DNA of 64,000 nt from Phaeosaccion multiseriatum (lineage: Eukaryota > Protista > Ochrophyta, other classes): contig OZ218950.1 of assembly GCA_965112735.1 (NCBI GenBank), positions 6,944,001 through 7,008,000 on the forward strand, read 5' to 3'. Of this stretch, positions 52,091 through 64,000 are shown piece by piece. Every line of letters begins with the position of its first letter. The stretch's first letter is position 1. Position numbers and translations under genes: made by a program. A model generated the notes under the pieces. The model made no database searches and had not been told where the DNA came from. It saw only the letters and a program-made list of their open reading frames with translations.

Positions 52091-53338
52091 GAGAAGAAGG
52101 AGCTGACAACGAGACGTTGCCGGACGCAATTGTCAAGTACAACCAGGTGAGGAGAGCTTGGAGGACCCTAAGCTGTGCGAGCAGCACTCAGCAGCAGCAG
52201 CCTGCCTCCAAAGCAGAAGACCTGTTCCTCGTCAATTCCTCCAGACGCCCATTGTCATCTGCTTCTCTCTCCCCTCCTTCCTCCCTCCTTCCCCTGTCCC
52301 CTCTCCTCAGTCCGAGTACGGTGCTCTCCTCACGCAAGCCATCGCCGACGACTCCCCCGAGCGCATCCGCTGGCTCGTGGCCCACAACCTCGTCTCCTTG
52401 CACCTGCCCACCGACGAAGGCAATACCGCCGCGCATCTCAGGTCACTTCGTGCCTCACTCACTTACTCGCTCACTCACTCGCTCACACACACCACCCCTC
52501 TCCCTCCCTCACACTCAGTCCCTCACTCACACTCACCCCTCACTAACTCGATCTCGCCCTTTCACCTCTCACTCACTCACTCCACTCATCCACTCGTTAT
52601 CTCTCTCTGTCATTCACCACTCACTGCCTCACTCATTCCGCCCAAAACCCTGCAGTATCTTCCACTCCGCCCAAAACGCCCTGAGGGAGCTGCACGAGCT
52701 AGGCTGCGATCTTTATCAGCCATGCGACGGAGCTGGCATTGGCAACGCGTTGTTCCACGCCACCTACAACGGACGGATTGAGTGCATAGGCACGTTACTC
52801 CAGGTGTGTGTTCGAGTAAGTCACATACTCCGGCAGATTCACCTCTCGTATCTTTCATTGAGGCGTCTTCTTCCACCTCGACTTACTCAACGCCGTCTCC
52901 GCCTCCCCCCCCCCCCCCCCTCTCTCTCTCTCTCTCTTACACATTCCTTTCCTACGTGTCCATACATATGACAACACCACAACACACCAGCTGGGCTATG
53001 ACTTCACTCGGCCTTGCGACCGCTTCAAGCGCTCTCCTCTGGTGGTGGCCCGTGCCACAGACCAGCCCTTGACAGCAGAGGTCCTGCATAGAGGCATCGC
53101 CGCACCCACACACATGCAGCGAGTGGTGCGGGGGGGGCTGCTCCGGCGACGGCGGAGGAGTATGGGCCTGCTGCCGAGTAAGGCAGCTGTGGACAGCTGG
53201 GCCACTGGAGGGGAGGAGGGAGACGGAGAGGGGGGGGGGGAGGGAGAGTGGGAAGGGGAGGGAGAGTGGGAGGGGCAGGAGGAGGTACCGGTAGACTTGG
53301 CGCTGGAAGGAGGAGGGGCCGTCGAAGATGCCGACTAG
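51985..53338 (+). CDS. Small ankyrin-repeat protein with a C-terminal IQ-like motif, 4 exons
   Basis: Exons 51985-52146, 52311-52441, 52656-52803 and 52991-53338 join in frame. GNTAAHL, NALFHATYNGRIECIGTLLQLGYD, RSPLVVA; IQ-like MQRVVRGGLLRRR. Confidence 0.7.
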
Positions 53339-54698
53339 TGAGCCTTTGGCCGTGGGGAGGGACAGGGCACCCTCGGTAGCCGGCGGATGGCAGCAGATGT
53401 ACAGGTGCCTTCTCTGCCCTCCTACTGCGCCCCTTCTGCAGACAGCTCTACCTATGATCGTCGACTCTGGTGTAGCGCCGATGGAGTGCGGGAAGGACCC
53501 GCAAGGCTCTGGAGCAGCACGGGCACTCGAAACCGTACGAAACCCTACACGGACCCTCCTTCCCACGCTTTACCGCGGCAGCACTCCAGTCCGTGCTACG
53601 TGCCTGGAACAAACGTACTCTTAGCAGAGTCCTTACGTACCCTTAGCAGAGTCGTTTAGCTGTGTCCGGAGGGCGTCAGGAGCCCTTCGAACGTCTGTAC
53701 ACCGACCCACAAGAGTGGGGTCGGTGATACCCAATACCTGATGCCGTAGGCTCGTAGATGGCAGCAGAAGGCCCCGTGCGCCCCCCCAAAAGCTCCCAAG
53801 GAGCCGTGCTACATAAGAAGCAGTGGGAGGACGCAGCCCGGCGGTGACGTCACTCAGCTCCTTGGGGACCTGTAGCGCAAGCCTGGATGCCGCCCCTGCT
53901 CTATGCAAGCCCTGACAAGTGAGCGGGGCGCTCGCCGCTGAGAAGGAGGCCGGAGGGATGGGGATGTTGGCGGGGATGGCGCAAGCACTTGCTCGACCCC
54001 CGGGAGAAGGTGAAGCTCCCCCGAGGGAGGAGCCTGCCCGTTTCGGGGGGGCGCCAAACGCGAGCAGATGGCAAGGGACGAGCCGCATGGGCCTCGAGGG
54101 AGGCAGTTTCTGGCAGCTTTGTTGCAAACGGACAGACAGACAGACATACACAGAGAGGCACAGACAGGCAGACAGGCGAAGGTGGCCGCCTGCCAGCCAG
54201 CCAGGAGGGCAGGAGGCAAGGACATGTCGTTGCTCTGCAGGCCGGGCGGCGGGCATCTCGTTCGAAGGGCGAGACTGAGCCTCATCCGCATGCTGTGCGT
54301 TTCCTGCCTCTCGGCCCCTGCTTGGCCTTCATCTCTTCGCGGGCGGGACGCAGTGTTTTTGCGTCGCGGTCGCCAGCAAGTCCGACGAATGGTTGGCGAG
54401 GCGACCAGGTGAAATCGAAAGGTGTTTCCGCTCTGCATCACCAGCTGCTCTGCTCTGCTCTGCTCTGCTCTGCTCTAGCGAGATGTACAATGCCAGCGCT
54501 TCACAGCACAGCACAGCCTTGCTCACACCCAAACTGACTCGTGCGTGCGCGCGTCGGTGCGATGGGTTGATAGTGTAACGGCTCGGATACTCCGTGCCTC
54601 CCTGGTACATCCATGAATTACACTACATATCTACATATGCTTAACGCTCCTTGCTGCTCGCCCCCGTGAGGAGAGAGCGCTGAAGGTACAGGCACAGC

Positions 54699-55238
54699 GC
54701 AGCACAGGCAGAAGTCCTCCTGACGAACACTACGAAGTGTGTGTGCGTGCGTGCAGCACAGGCAGAAGTCCTCCTGACGAACACTACGAAGTGTGTGTGC
54801 GTGCGTGCAGCACGGGCAGAAGTCCTCCTGACGAACACTACGAAGTGTGTGTGCGTGCGTGCAGCACAGGCAGAAGTCCTCCTGACGAACACTACGAAGT
54901 GTGTGTGCGTGCGTGCAGCACAGGCAGAAGTCCTCCTGACGAACACTACGAAGTGTGTGTGCGTGCGTGCAGCACAGGCAGAAGTCCTCCTGACGAACAC
55001 TACGAAGTGTGTGTGCGTGCGTGCAGCACAGGCAGAAGTCCTCCTGACGAACACTACGAAGTGTGTGTGCGTGCGTGCAGCACGGGCAGAAGTCCTCCTG
55101 ACGAACACTACGAAGTGTGTGTGCGTGCGTGCAGCACAGGCAGAAGCCCTCCTGACGAACACTACGAAGTGTGTGTGCGTGCGTGCAGCACAGGCAGAAG
55201 CCCTCCTGACCAACAATACGAAGTGTGTGTGCGTGCGT
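54699..55238. repeat. 54-bp minisatellite, 10 copies
   Basis: Unit gcagcacaggcagaagtcctcctgacgaacactacgaagtgtgtgtgcgtgcgt, nearly identical copies with no spacers. Confidence 0.95.
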
Positions 55239-55476
55239 GCGTGCGTGCGTGCGTGCGTGTGTGCGCGTGTGTGTGTGTGCGCGATTATGCTCTCCTTCCT
55301 CCTCCTCCCCCTCCAAACGACTCGCTCAGTACGATAGTTTCACCAAATAGGACCCTCGAATGTGTGTCGGAGTGGCAGATCGATCTCTCCCTCTCCCTCT
55401 CTCTCTCCCGCTCCCTCTCCTTCTGGATGGGCGTCTCCTCCCCACAGCCTAGCCATAGCTGTTATACGTAGCGTAG

Positions 55477-58400
55477 CTAATGGTATTCACAGCGCTGATC
55501 CGATTCAAGGTCCTTGAGTTTTTGCAGGGAGTCGATCCCGAAGCGCTGAGGAGCGTTGGTCTCCCCCAAGTGCTCGCCCTTCAGCGCACCATCCACAATG
55601 TACTGCACAGCGCCACATTGGGAGAGCCGCAAATCAGTTCCGGTTTAGCAGAGCAGCATCAGCAGAGCAAAAGGGGAACATCCAAGAGGAGGGGCTTGAA
55701 GGAGGAGGAGCAGAGTGTGTGTGTGTATGCGCGTGCGGGCGTCCGCGCGTGGGTGAACCCCAAGACGTCAAGCGCAAGTGAATGACGTCATCAGGCCCCA
55801 CCCTCCGCCCCTCGAGGAGCGAGTGACTGTCTGCCCATATACTCCGCACAGGTAGTGGGGGCGAGGGCGACGCTCACGTTATATATCCATATGCCTTCCT
55901 CACCTCCTTGCCCATATGCTTTTGAGCCCAGCCGATGAGGGTGTCCATTACAGGGGTTTCAACCCCAGCCAAGTCAGCGACTCCCTTGTAAATGCACAGC
56001 CCCAGAGGGATGTCCTCTACTCGGTCAGGGTCAGGGTCAGGGTCAGGGTCAGGGTCAGGGTCAGGGTCAGGGTCAGGGTCAGGGTCAAGGTCAGGGTCAG
56101 GGTCAGGGTCAGGGTCCAGGGTCAGGGTCAGGGTCAGCGCGTTGGGGGACAGACACTGCAAGTACGTACGGGTAGGGCTGTACAAGTTGTGTGTGTACGT
56201 GTGTGTGCTTGTGTGTGTATGTGTGTGTTTGTGTGTGTATGTGTGTATGTGTGTGTGTGTGCGTGTGTGTGTGTGCGTATGTGTGTGTGCGTGTGTGTAT
56301 GTGTGTATCTCTTTTCCCTACCTGTGAAGTAACGGTTCGGTTGCGTGCGATGTGGCGTGCAGCCCCCACACAAAACAGGAGGGACCGAGTCGAGCGAAGG
56401 CGCCACGGTACGGTGCCGCCCAGTCGGTCCCGCATCGGGGAGGAGCGGCACGAAAAGGTAGAGGCAAAGGGGAGCGCAAAAGTCGGGCGGTGGGGAGCGA
56501 GCAGCGAGAAGCGAGAAGCGTGTCAGACGAGGGAAGGAGGGAAGCAAGTCGAGGCAGGCCTCTGAGGCGGTGCAGTGTGTCTCTCGACTCTTTCCTTCCT
56601 CGGTGGCACCATCGATATGTAGGGCGACAATTCACGCACGGGCTCTCATCACTTGCACGCACCGGCTTGAAGCCCCCCCCGGGAAGCTCCTTGAAGGGGC
56701 ACTTGAAGCCCTTGTAGGCGTTGTTGTTGCGGAAGAAGTTGAGCAGCGAGGAGGACTCCGAGTCGGCGTAGACGTACACCGCGAGGAAGTCGTATATGTG
56801 AGGTACCTTGCCCACGGGCACGCCCTCCTGCTTGAGCTTGGCGACGATTTGCAACAGTTCTTTATTCACCGCATCCATCATCTTTGCCCCCTCTTCCGTA
56901 AGCTCCTACGAATGGGCATCAAGTAGTGGGTAAGTGGGTAGCGAGAAGCGAGAGCAGTGGGTAGCAATGTAGTAGGGAGTACCACAGAGTCGAGGACACA
57001 ATAACAGAGTCCGCTCCCCTCCTCACCTCATAGAAGAGGGGGTTTCTATCAACCACCTCGTTCTCCTTCCCCTCACACAGAGTGTAGAGGCGCGCTGGAT
57101 GGATGACCGCGTTGATAGGGTAGAGAGTGCTCGTCAGGAAGGACCCCCCACACGCCTCTGTCTCTCCGAACATGAGCGTGTTGAGGCGAACACATGCCTC
57201 GACGTTGTTGGAGGGCACACTGCCGATGCGATATCGCCTATAGAAGGGGAGAAGGGGAGAAGGGCGGCAGGACAGGGCGGGGAGGGCGGAAAGGGGAAGG
57301 GGCGGAGCGGAGCGGGGCGGGTAAGCAGGGGGCAGTCGAAGGAAGGAAGGAAGGAAGGAAGGAAGGAAGGAAGGAAGGAAGGAAGGAAGGAAGGAAGGAA
57401 GGAAGGAAGTGTGCGAGGCACCGCCGCTCACTTAAGGCCCGCCTCTCTCATCCTGACACCTGGCACTACTGGCAGAGAGCTTCCGCCGAGACTCTGCGTG
57501 TGGTGTGGGTCCGTGCTTACCGCTTGAGTTCCTGTACCTCAACTTGCTTGCCCAAAGAAGAGATGCGGCAGTTGAAGGGCATGGGCCTGGTAGAGCCGTT
57601 GGTGATTCAGAGCAGGGAGGGAGCAGGCAGAGCAGATAGAGACATGCGGGGTGTGCTGTCACACGGTGCGTCAAGCATTTGTTGCTTCTCGGGCAAGGAG
57701 CAGGCCTCATGGCGAAGAACAAAGCTAAGAAGACGATCACGTTATTTTTGATGTAGGTAGGATAGTACTGCCCAGTCGACGAAGAACGCAGCTCGCAGCC
57801 ACACACCCACTCACATGATTGAGAAGAAAGTGACACGTTTCGCCTTCAATTCCTCTCCCAAAACCTGTGTGTACGTACAGGGCCGTGTGTGTGTGCGGTG
57901 CGAAGTGACAACAGACGGAGGCAAGAGTCACGGAGGCCGTGTGTGTGTAGGTATGGGCGACAGCTTCGCACAGCCGCCCAGGACGAGGTGCCAGACGAAG
58001 CAAGCAACGCGTTTTCCTTCACGCGCCGCGCGCACACGCACACACACACACACCCGCGCGCGCAAACACACACACACACACACGCGCGGGCACGCACCTC
58101 TCGGGCCACCCAGTCGAAGCCCCCCTGGCCAGGGGTCACAGCTGCCACCGGATACAGTGATACAGTAGAGAGAGGCACATGAACAAGAAAACAAGCAGGT
58201 AAGTAAGTAAGCAAGCAAGTAAGTAAGTTGCGGGGCTGCTTGGCCATCTGCCTCGCCTCACTCTTGCTGCCCACCCAGGTACATTAACCTGTAGTACATA
58301 CTGTTGTGACTGTTAGACTGTGGGTATGTCATGACTATTAGACTGTGTGACCGTGTGACTGTGTGACTGTGTGATTGTGTGTATGCCTCTTGACTGTACC

Positions 58401-59225
58401 TATGTACACCTCGTTCTTCAGGTGCGGGGCGATGGCCCTCAGCGTGCTTTCGTAGGCGAAGGAAGGGAGGGGCATAATGACCACATCGCTCTGGGGTATC
58501 ACGTCGACAGGATCCTGGAAAGAGGTGGTATACAGAGGAGCAGAGTGAAGAGAGCAGGCAGCCATAAGAGGGAAGGAGGGGCGAGGGTGCCGTCAGTGAG
58601 AGATAGAGAGAGAGAGAGAGCCCAGTGCTCTGGCTCTGGCCCTCCTTTCTCCAAAGCTCTGTCACCTTGGAAATCTTGAACGGCTTGCCCTTGATGGGCC
58701 CCGACACTTCGTTGTGGGCTCCGAAGTTGGCCAGCATGAAGCCCTGCTTGATGACACGAGGTGGCAACAAGTAGCCGGTCAGCAGGAGCAGAAGGACACA
58801 CATTCCCACATGCTCGTACCTGCTCCTCAATGCCCTTCTGCATCACCTCCGCGTCGTTCTCGAAGGGGCAGAACATGACTGTGGGGAAGCCCTTGTGGGG
58901 CAGGAGTGCCGCCAGGGTATGTGCGGCGTTGCCTGAAGCCGACGAGAGGGACAAGTGGGTGGAGAGGATTACGACAAGGCGGAACGACTGAAGAGAAGGC
59001 AGGTGGGAGGTTTATCGCACCTCCACCAACTATGCAGATTGTCGGTTTGGTCTTATCTACTTCAGCCATGCCAGCCATTGTGCTGCCGCTGCTGAAGACG
59101 CGTGTTGGAGCTCTTGAAGTGGGGCTGAGCTTTGTGAAATGCGGTACCGAGGGAGGGCAGACAGAACAAAATGATCTTGCGCTATATCCGGACGATGTCG
59201 CTAAGGCCGTCAGCGCGCGAACCAT
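55477..59225 (-). CDS. Opine/octopine dehydrogenase (NAD(P)-dependent, Octopine_DH family), ~12 exons, with an N-terminal presequence-like extension
   Basis: Spliced motifs: ICIVGG|GNAAH (Rossmann), VVIMPLPSFAY, TPGQGGFDW, MPMPFNCRI, IHPARLY, PLFYE, NNAYKGFKCP, NRYFT|EDIPLGL..KGVADLAGVETPVMD..IGWAQ..MGKE|YIVDG..NAPQRFG. Stop at 55477. Confidence 0.85.
56024..56137. repeat. (TCAGGG)n telomere-like hexamer array, intronic
   Basis: About 19 units of gtcagg seen directly. Confidence 0.9.
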
Positions 59226-59364
59226 CCGCGTTTCCCTTTTCTCGCAGCTCTCCTTGCTCTCCCCATTTAAAAGGAAAAGGACAAAAAGGGTTCTTGTTGA
59301 CTTACCGGTTCCCCTTCCGGCGCTGGATTCTTTGCGCCTCCTATCTTGGGAGAAGGAGAAGAAG
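59226..59364. promoter_or_regulatory. Probable bidirectional promoter shared by opine dehydrogenase and PPP2R3C
   Basis: Divergent start codons are 139 bp apart. Confidence 0.45.
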
Positions 59365-62300
59365 ATGGTAAGAGGCAGTCCGTTCGCTCATCCCTCCCTG
59401 CTGAGGTTTCTCCGTGCAACCCTGTCAGTTTGCCCTGCCTCCCCCCCCCTCGCTTTCATCCTTTTCCTTCCGTTTGTCCTGTCTTCACCCCCCCCCCTCA
59501 CCTCCCTCCTCCCTCTCTCCCTCTCATCCCTTCTTCTGTGAATCCAGGTTTCTTCCGCTGCTTCTCCTGCTGCTGATACTGCAGAAGATCCCGCTGTTCT
59601 GATAGCAGCCCTCCGAGCAAGAACACAGCACTTCAAGCAGAAGGGGGGTGAAGGCAAGGGCGATGAGGGGACAACAGATGCAGCAGCTGCGGCAGCGGCA
59701 ATGGAGAGAGACACTCTGGCGCACATGCGTAATATCTATGCACAGATGCAGCAGCACTCCAGGAGCCAAGGAGCCGGGAAGGGGGAGGAGGGCAAGATGA
59801 AGGCGAGCTATGATGTGATACCCAGGTTCTTTGGTGGGGTAGCTGGCCTTCCGGTAAGTGCGAGAGCGAGAAGAGGCGTGGCGTATGGACTGGCTTCCTT
59901 GCTCTCAATAGTGCTCAAGACTTTTTTCTGCTTCCTTGCGCCATAGGAATGGGCTGTGGATTGCAGGCAACGCTGCATATCCCTTCAACCATTTTGCTCA
60001 TTTCTCTTGACCAACGGCATAGGGTAGTGGATGTCATCTCAAGCCTGCGTTGTGCGTGTACCATATACCCACACGTGGATGTCCTGCTCCCCTGAATCAT
60101 AGGGCTCATCTCGCCCCCTCTTACCCGTCTTACCCGCCTGCCTCCCCATACGGTAATACAACGGTATCATACCCTACCGCTTGTATTTATATATATACGG
60201 CTGTTGTGGCACAGGCCCAGGAGGGTGGGAAGAGCGTGGACGACGGGGAGGAGGGGGGGGGGAAAGGCAGCATGAAGGCGAAGCTCAAACACCTGGCCAA
60301 GGCGAGGTTCCTACAAAAGAAGGAGGTGAGGAGCGTCGTCAGGACAGGACGAGTCTCTTGGGCGTTCACTCCGTTTTCCTTTCTTCTTCTTCATCATCAT
60401 CTTCTTCTTCTTCTTAGCACCAGGCACACACTCTCGACGGACAAGACTTTCTAACCACCAAGTTGACCTCTATTCTCCCCCCGCTGTCACTCGGTGGCGC
60501 CCTCTGTCCTGCAGGACGAGCTCATCAACCTTGACGAACTCAAGGCCCTTGAGCGGGCTCTCAGCGAAGCCAGCAGGGCCAGCGAGGGCGAGGGTGGCGA
60601 GGGGGGGAAGGTCAGCTACCAAGACTTCCTGGCCGTCAGGTGGGTGTGGTTGGGCTACCCTTGTTCCTGCTTTTGGGCTTCCTTCCCACCGTCCCCTGTA
60701 GGCTTGGGGATCACCTGACCCTGTTGCGGATCTTTCCCTCTGCCTTGATTCTCCGTCACTCGCAGTCTCTGACTCGCAGTCCTTCACTCGTACTGTATCA
60801 CACCCCCCCCCCGCCCCTCCTCCCACTCTCCCCTCCCCTCCACCTCACTACGCCCCCACACCCTTTTCAGAGAGGGAGCCCCTCTCAGCGCTCGCCAATA
60901 TCTGACAGCGGGCACCTTCTTGTCTCTGCATGATGAGAACGGCCGAGTGGACCACCGAGATCTCTTCAAGCACGTGTACGCCATCATCTGCCTGCACAAG
61001 ACACGCATCACCCTGCACTACTACGACTCGCAGGGCAAGGGCTACCTTAGAGAGCAGGTACGTGTGATTACGTACGGACGTGCGTACACATGGGACGGGC
61101 CGACGGACGCCCGGGATGCACCGATTACAATGTCAAACACACACAGAGATAGAGAGAACCCGACGTCGTTTCAGTCGACTTTGATATCGACTTGTCGTGT
61201 CGATGTATACAGCATCGAGATATCGCAATCCACACATGTGTAATGTCCGTGTCTGTGTCTGTCTGGTCCTCATCCTCGTCATACACCCCCCCTAACCCCC
61301 GCCATTTTTGAGTGTAGGACCTGGAGAACTACGTGTACGACCTGATCCCCACCATGCCCCTGCTGCGAAGCATGCACGACAACTTCTACCCCTTCTACGT
61401 CTTCACCGCGGTAAGATTAAGGCGCTTTTAATTTGCAGTTTGCAGTTTGCAGTTGGCTTTCTGCATCGATGTCGAACCTACCAAGCGGACCAATGTCGAT
61501 GCCTCTGTGCTTACTCGACACCAGGTTCGGCGTTTCATGTTCTTTCTGGACAAGAAGCGCACTGGCCGAGTGTCCATTGACCTCCTTGTGAGGAGCAAGA
61601 TCATGGACGAGCTGATGGAGCTGGGCATGGCGGGTGAGTGAGTGGATAGTAAGAGAGTAAGTCAATGAGTGGGTGGGTGAGTGAGTGAGTGAGTGAGTGA
61701 GTGAGTGAGAGGGTGGGAGAGAGAGTGCGAAGGAACAGCCCTCTGATTCTTCCTCTTGCCTTTATCTATCGATCATGTCAGGGTGCCCAAAGCCCTGCCC
61801 CACATGACGCACCCACCCCTAAGCCTCTCTCACCTCGACATCCCTCCCCCATACGGTGCCATCTGGTGGCCGCAGACGGAACAGGGGGTGCAGACGACGC
61901 GGTGGTGGCGGCGGGTATCGCCGAGGACAACTGGTTCAGCGCAGAGAATGCGCAGAGGGTGTACGAGGAATACCTCTCTCTCGACGCCGATCAGAACGGA
62001 ATGCTCAGCAGGGAGGAGATGCGGCACTACGCAGGTGCGGCGAGGAGGGGGAGGGGGAGGGGGTGCGGCGGGAGAGAGGGGGGAGGGCAACGGCATGTGT
62101 GTGTGTGTGTGTGTGCGTGTGTGTATGTTGCTTCAGTCCTCCTTCGCTTGCATCTGAATCATCCTCCTCCTTTGTCCCCCTCGCCCGCTCGCCCGCTCCC
62201 TCGGTCTTGCCCCATATGCCTCTTTCCATCTCTCTCAGGGTCGCGTGCCTCCATGCGCCTCACACCGGTGTTCGCACAGCGTCTCTTCGAAGAGACCATC

Positions 62301-64000
62301 ACCTACAAGATAGCGGCGGGGGAGGGCCCAGGGGGGGAGGGTGTGGCGGCAGCAGGCACGAAGGAAGGCGAGATGGACTACAAGACTTTCCTTGACTTCG
62401 TCTTGGCCATGGAGAATATGGAGGTGCGGCATGCGGTTACGTTTGTCATATGCCAGTGGAAGGGAGAATGGAGTGGGGTGGAATGGTTTGAGCCTTGGCA
62501 ACTAGTAGGAGCAAGGGATGCGGGTGAGGGTGAAACGAGGTCGAATGGCTGAGTGACGTTGAGTGGTGGCAGCCCACTCGCTCCCTCTAAGGCTGGTATA
62601 GAGTTTAGACGGGGGTGAATGAATGAACGGAATGGATGTCTTGTGCGGATCGTAAGGCGCTAGACAGCCCCCCCCCCCCTCCCGCTCCGCATCAAATGGG
62701 GGCACACACACACACATTCACACTTCTTCACACGCTCTCGTGGCGTTGCTCTCTTCGCTGAGAAGGGGTGGGGAGGAGATACGGAGAGTTGGCCTTCCAT
62801 CCTGTCGGCATGAATACCTTCCTTTCCTCACCCTTGCTGCCTCGCTTCGCTCACCCTCCCCTTCGATGGCCCCTCTCAACCCCCCCTTTTCGGCCGATTA
62901 GACCCCGCAAGCGCTGGCCTACTTCTGGCGACTGCTGGATGTGCACAAGTGCGGCTACCTCACCACCTGGAGCATCAACTACCTCTTCAGAGACGTCGTA
63001 GCGCAGCTCCTGGCCGTCAACTTCGAACCTCCGCAAGTGGCCGACGTGCGGGTAGGTGCCTATGGATGTTACGTAGGTGTACGTACTTTGTGGTTGATGC
63101 TGCTGCTCTCGGGTGGTGGTGGGGCCGCTGCTGGTGCTCCTGTTTGTAGTAGTAGTGGTGGTGATGCTGCTGCGGCTGCTACTGGTGCTGGTGGTGGTGC
63201 TGCTGCTGGTTGTGGTGGTGGTGCTGCTGCTGGTTGTTGTGGTGGTGGTGGTGCTGCTGGTTGTTGTGGTGGTGGTGCTGCTGCTGGTTGTTGTGGTGGT
63301 GGTGACTCGGGGCAAGAACGATGTGGGGAACAGCGCGGCCTTTGGTGTCCTCCTTACCCTCCCATCCTTTGCAACACCTTCCCGCCCCCACGCCTTATGT
63401 AACCGTATTGTAACCGCAACCCGCAGGACGAAATCTTCGACATGGTGAACCCTTTGGACCCGCACCGAATCACTTTGGATGACCTCGTGGGCAGCGGAGT
63501 CGGGCACACGGTGGTGAGTGACTGTGACGAGCCGGATTGGACAGGACTGGGGAGGGGGGGCGCTGGTTGTATAGTACAGCTTTCACAGTTGGATAGTTGG
63601 ATGGATGGATAGATGGATCGACCTGTGGTTGCCAGGGGGTAATCAGGAGTCAAGGCTGGCGGCATGGGCAGCGCCATCTGCCCACACTCCACATAGAGCT
63701 GTGTGGGCATGGCTCTTAGTACCGGTGTTGAGCGGTCTGACTGGTGTGCTGCGATGGGGAAAAACACAAGCAAAATCCTTTTTTGTCTTTTTGGCCTCCC
63801 TCCCCTTGTCCTTGTGTTGTCTCGTGGGGCAATGCTCTGCTCGCTGCAGGTGAGCATGCTCATCGACTCAAATGGCTTTTGCGCGTACGACCAACGCGAG
63901 AGCATGATGCACGACTCCGACGACGGAGAGGAAGAGGAGGAGGGGGAGGGGGAAGGAGAGGGGCTTTCCCACGACAGTGCATACGCTGTGGTGACGCAGG
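59365..64000 (+). CDS. PPP2R3C: PP2A regulatory subunit B''gamma (PPP2R3C / plant TON2-FASS), EF-hand protein, 3' end runs off the window
   Basis: IPRFF, KARFLQK, YYDSQGKGYLREQ|DLENYV..LIP, FYVFTA|VRRFMFFLD, NWFSAENAQRVY..YLSLDADQNGMLS, EMDYKTFLDFVLAMEN, DEIFDMV, MLIDSNGFCAYDQRE. Likely ATG-only first coding exon (59365-59367). Confidence 0.9.

Noticed and set aside
53633-54441. Minus-strand ORFs of ~200 aa
   Set aside because: No recognisable motifs or consistent splice model; probably UTR or intergenic GC-rich sequence.
54699-55238. CRISPR-like array
   Set aside because: Units are contiguous and near-identical with no unique spacers and no cas genes; the context is eukaryotic. It is a minisatellite.
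33765-59225. Biosynthetic gene cluster linking the megasynthase and the opine dehydrogenase
   Set aside because: Proximity alone in a gene-dense genome; flanking genes are housekeeping and there are no transporters or tailoring enzymes.

Overview
Gene-dense, GC-rich eukaryotic DNA with short GT-AG introns full of microsatellites. It most likely comes from a photosynthetic stramenopile (ochrophyte), judging by a SufS with a bipartite plastid-type leader, an EsV-1-7 motif and a brown-algal-type VWD-like protein. Eleven protein-coding genes could be spliced by hand: a Sen1/senataxin-like helicase (5' truncated), a Cys-rich micro-exon/VWD-like protein, DDX56/DBP9, RBM39, SufS, a Mic19/CHCHD3-like protein, an ankyrin-WW protein, an 18-exon ~4,550-aa hybrid megasynthase, an ankyrin-IQ protein, an opine/octopine dehydrogenase and a PP2A B''gamma (TON2/PPP2R3C; 3' truncated). 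The standout is the megasynthase, with the order FAAL - PAI-like flavoenzyme - ACP - KS - ACP - Pls/PosA-type membrane/beta-helix terminus. Its reading frame is intact, yet the FAAL A10 Lys, both ACP Ser, and the KS Cys and first His are substituted, so it looks like a maintained 'pseudo-megasynthase'. Also present: a 193-bp MITE with 19-bp TIRs and an 8-bp TSD, a 54-bp minisatellite, and over-represented dispersed DNA motifs (TTGGTGATAC, GATGGCAGTG) in exons and introns on both strands. Family assignments come from motif recognition, not database searches, and exon boundaries are manual predictions.
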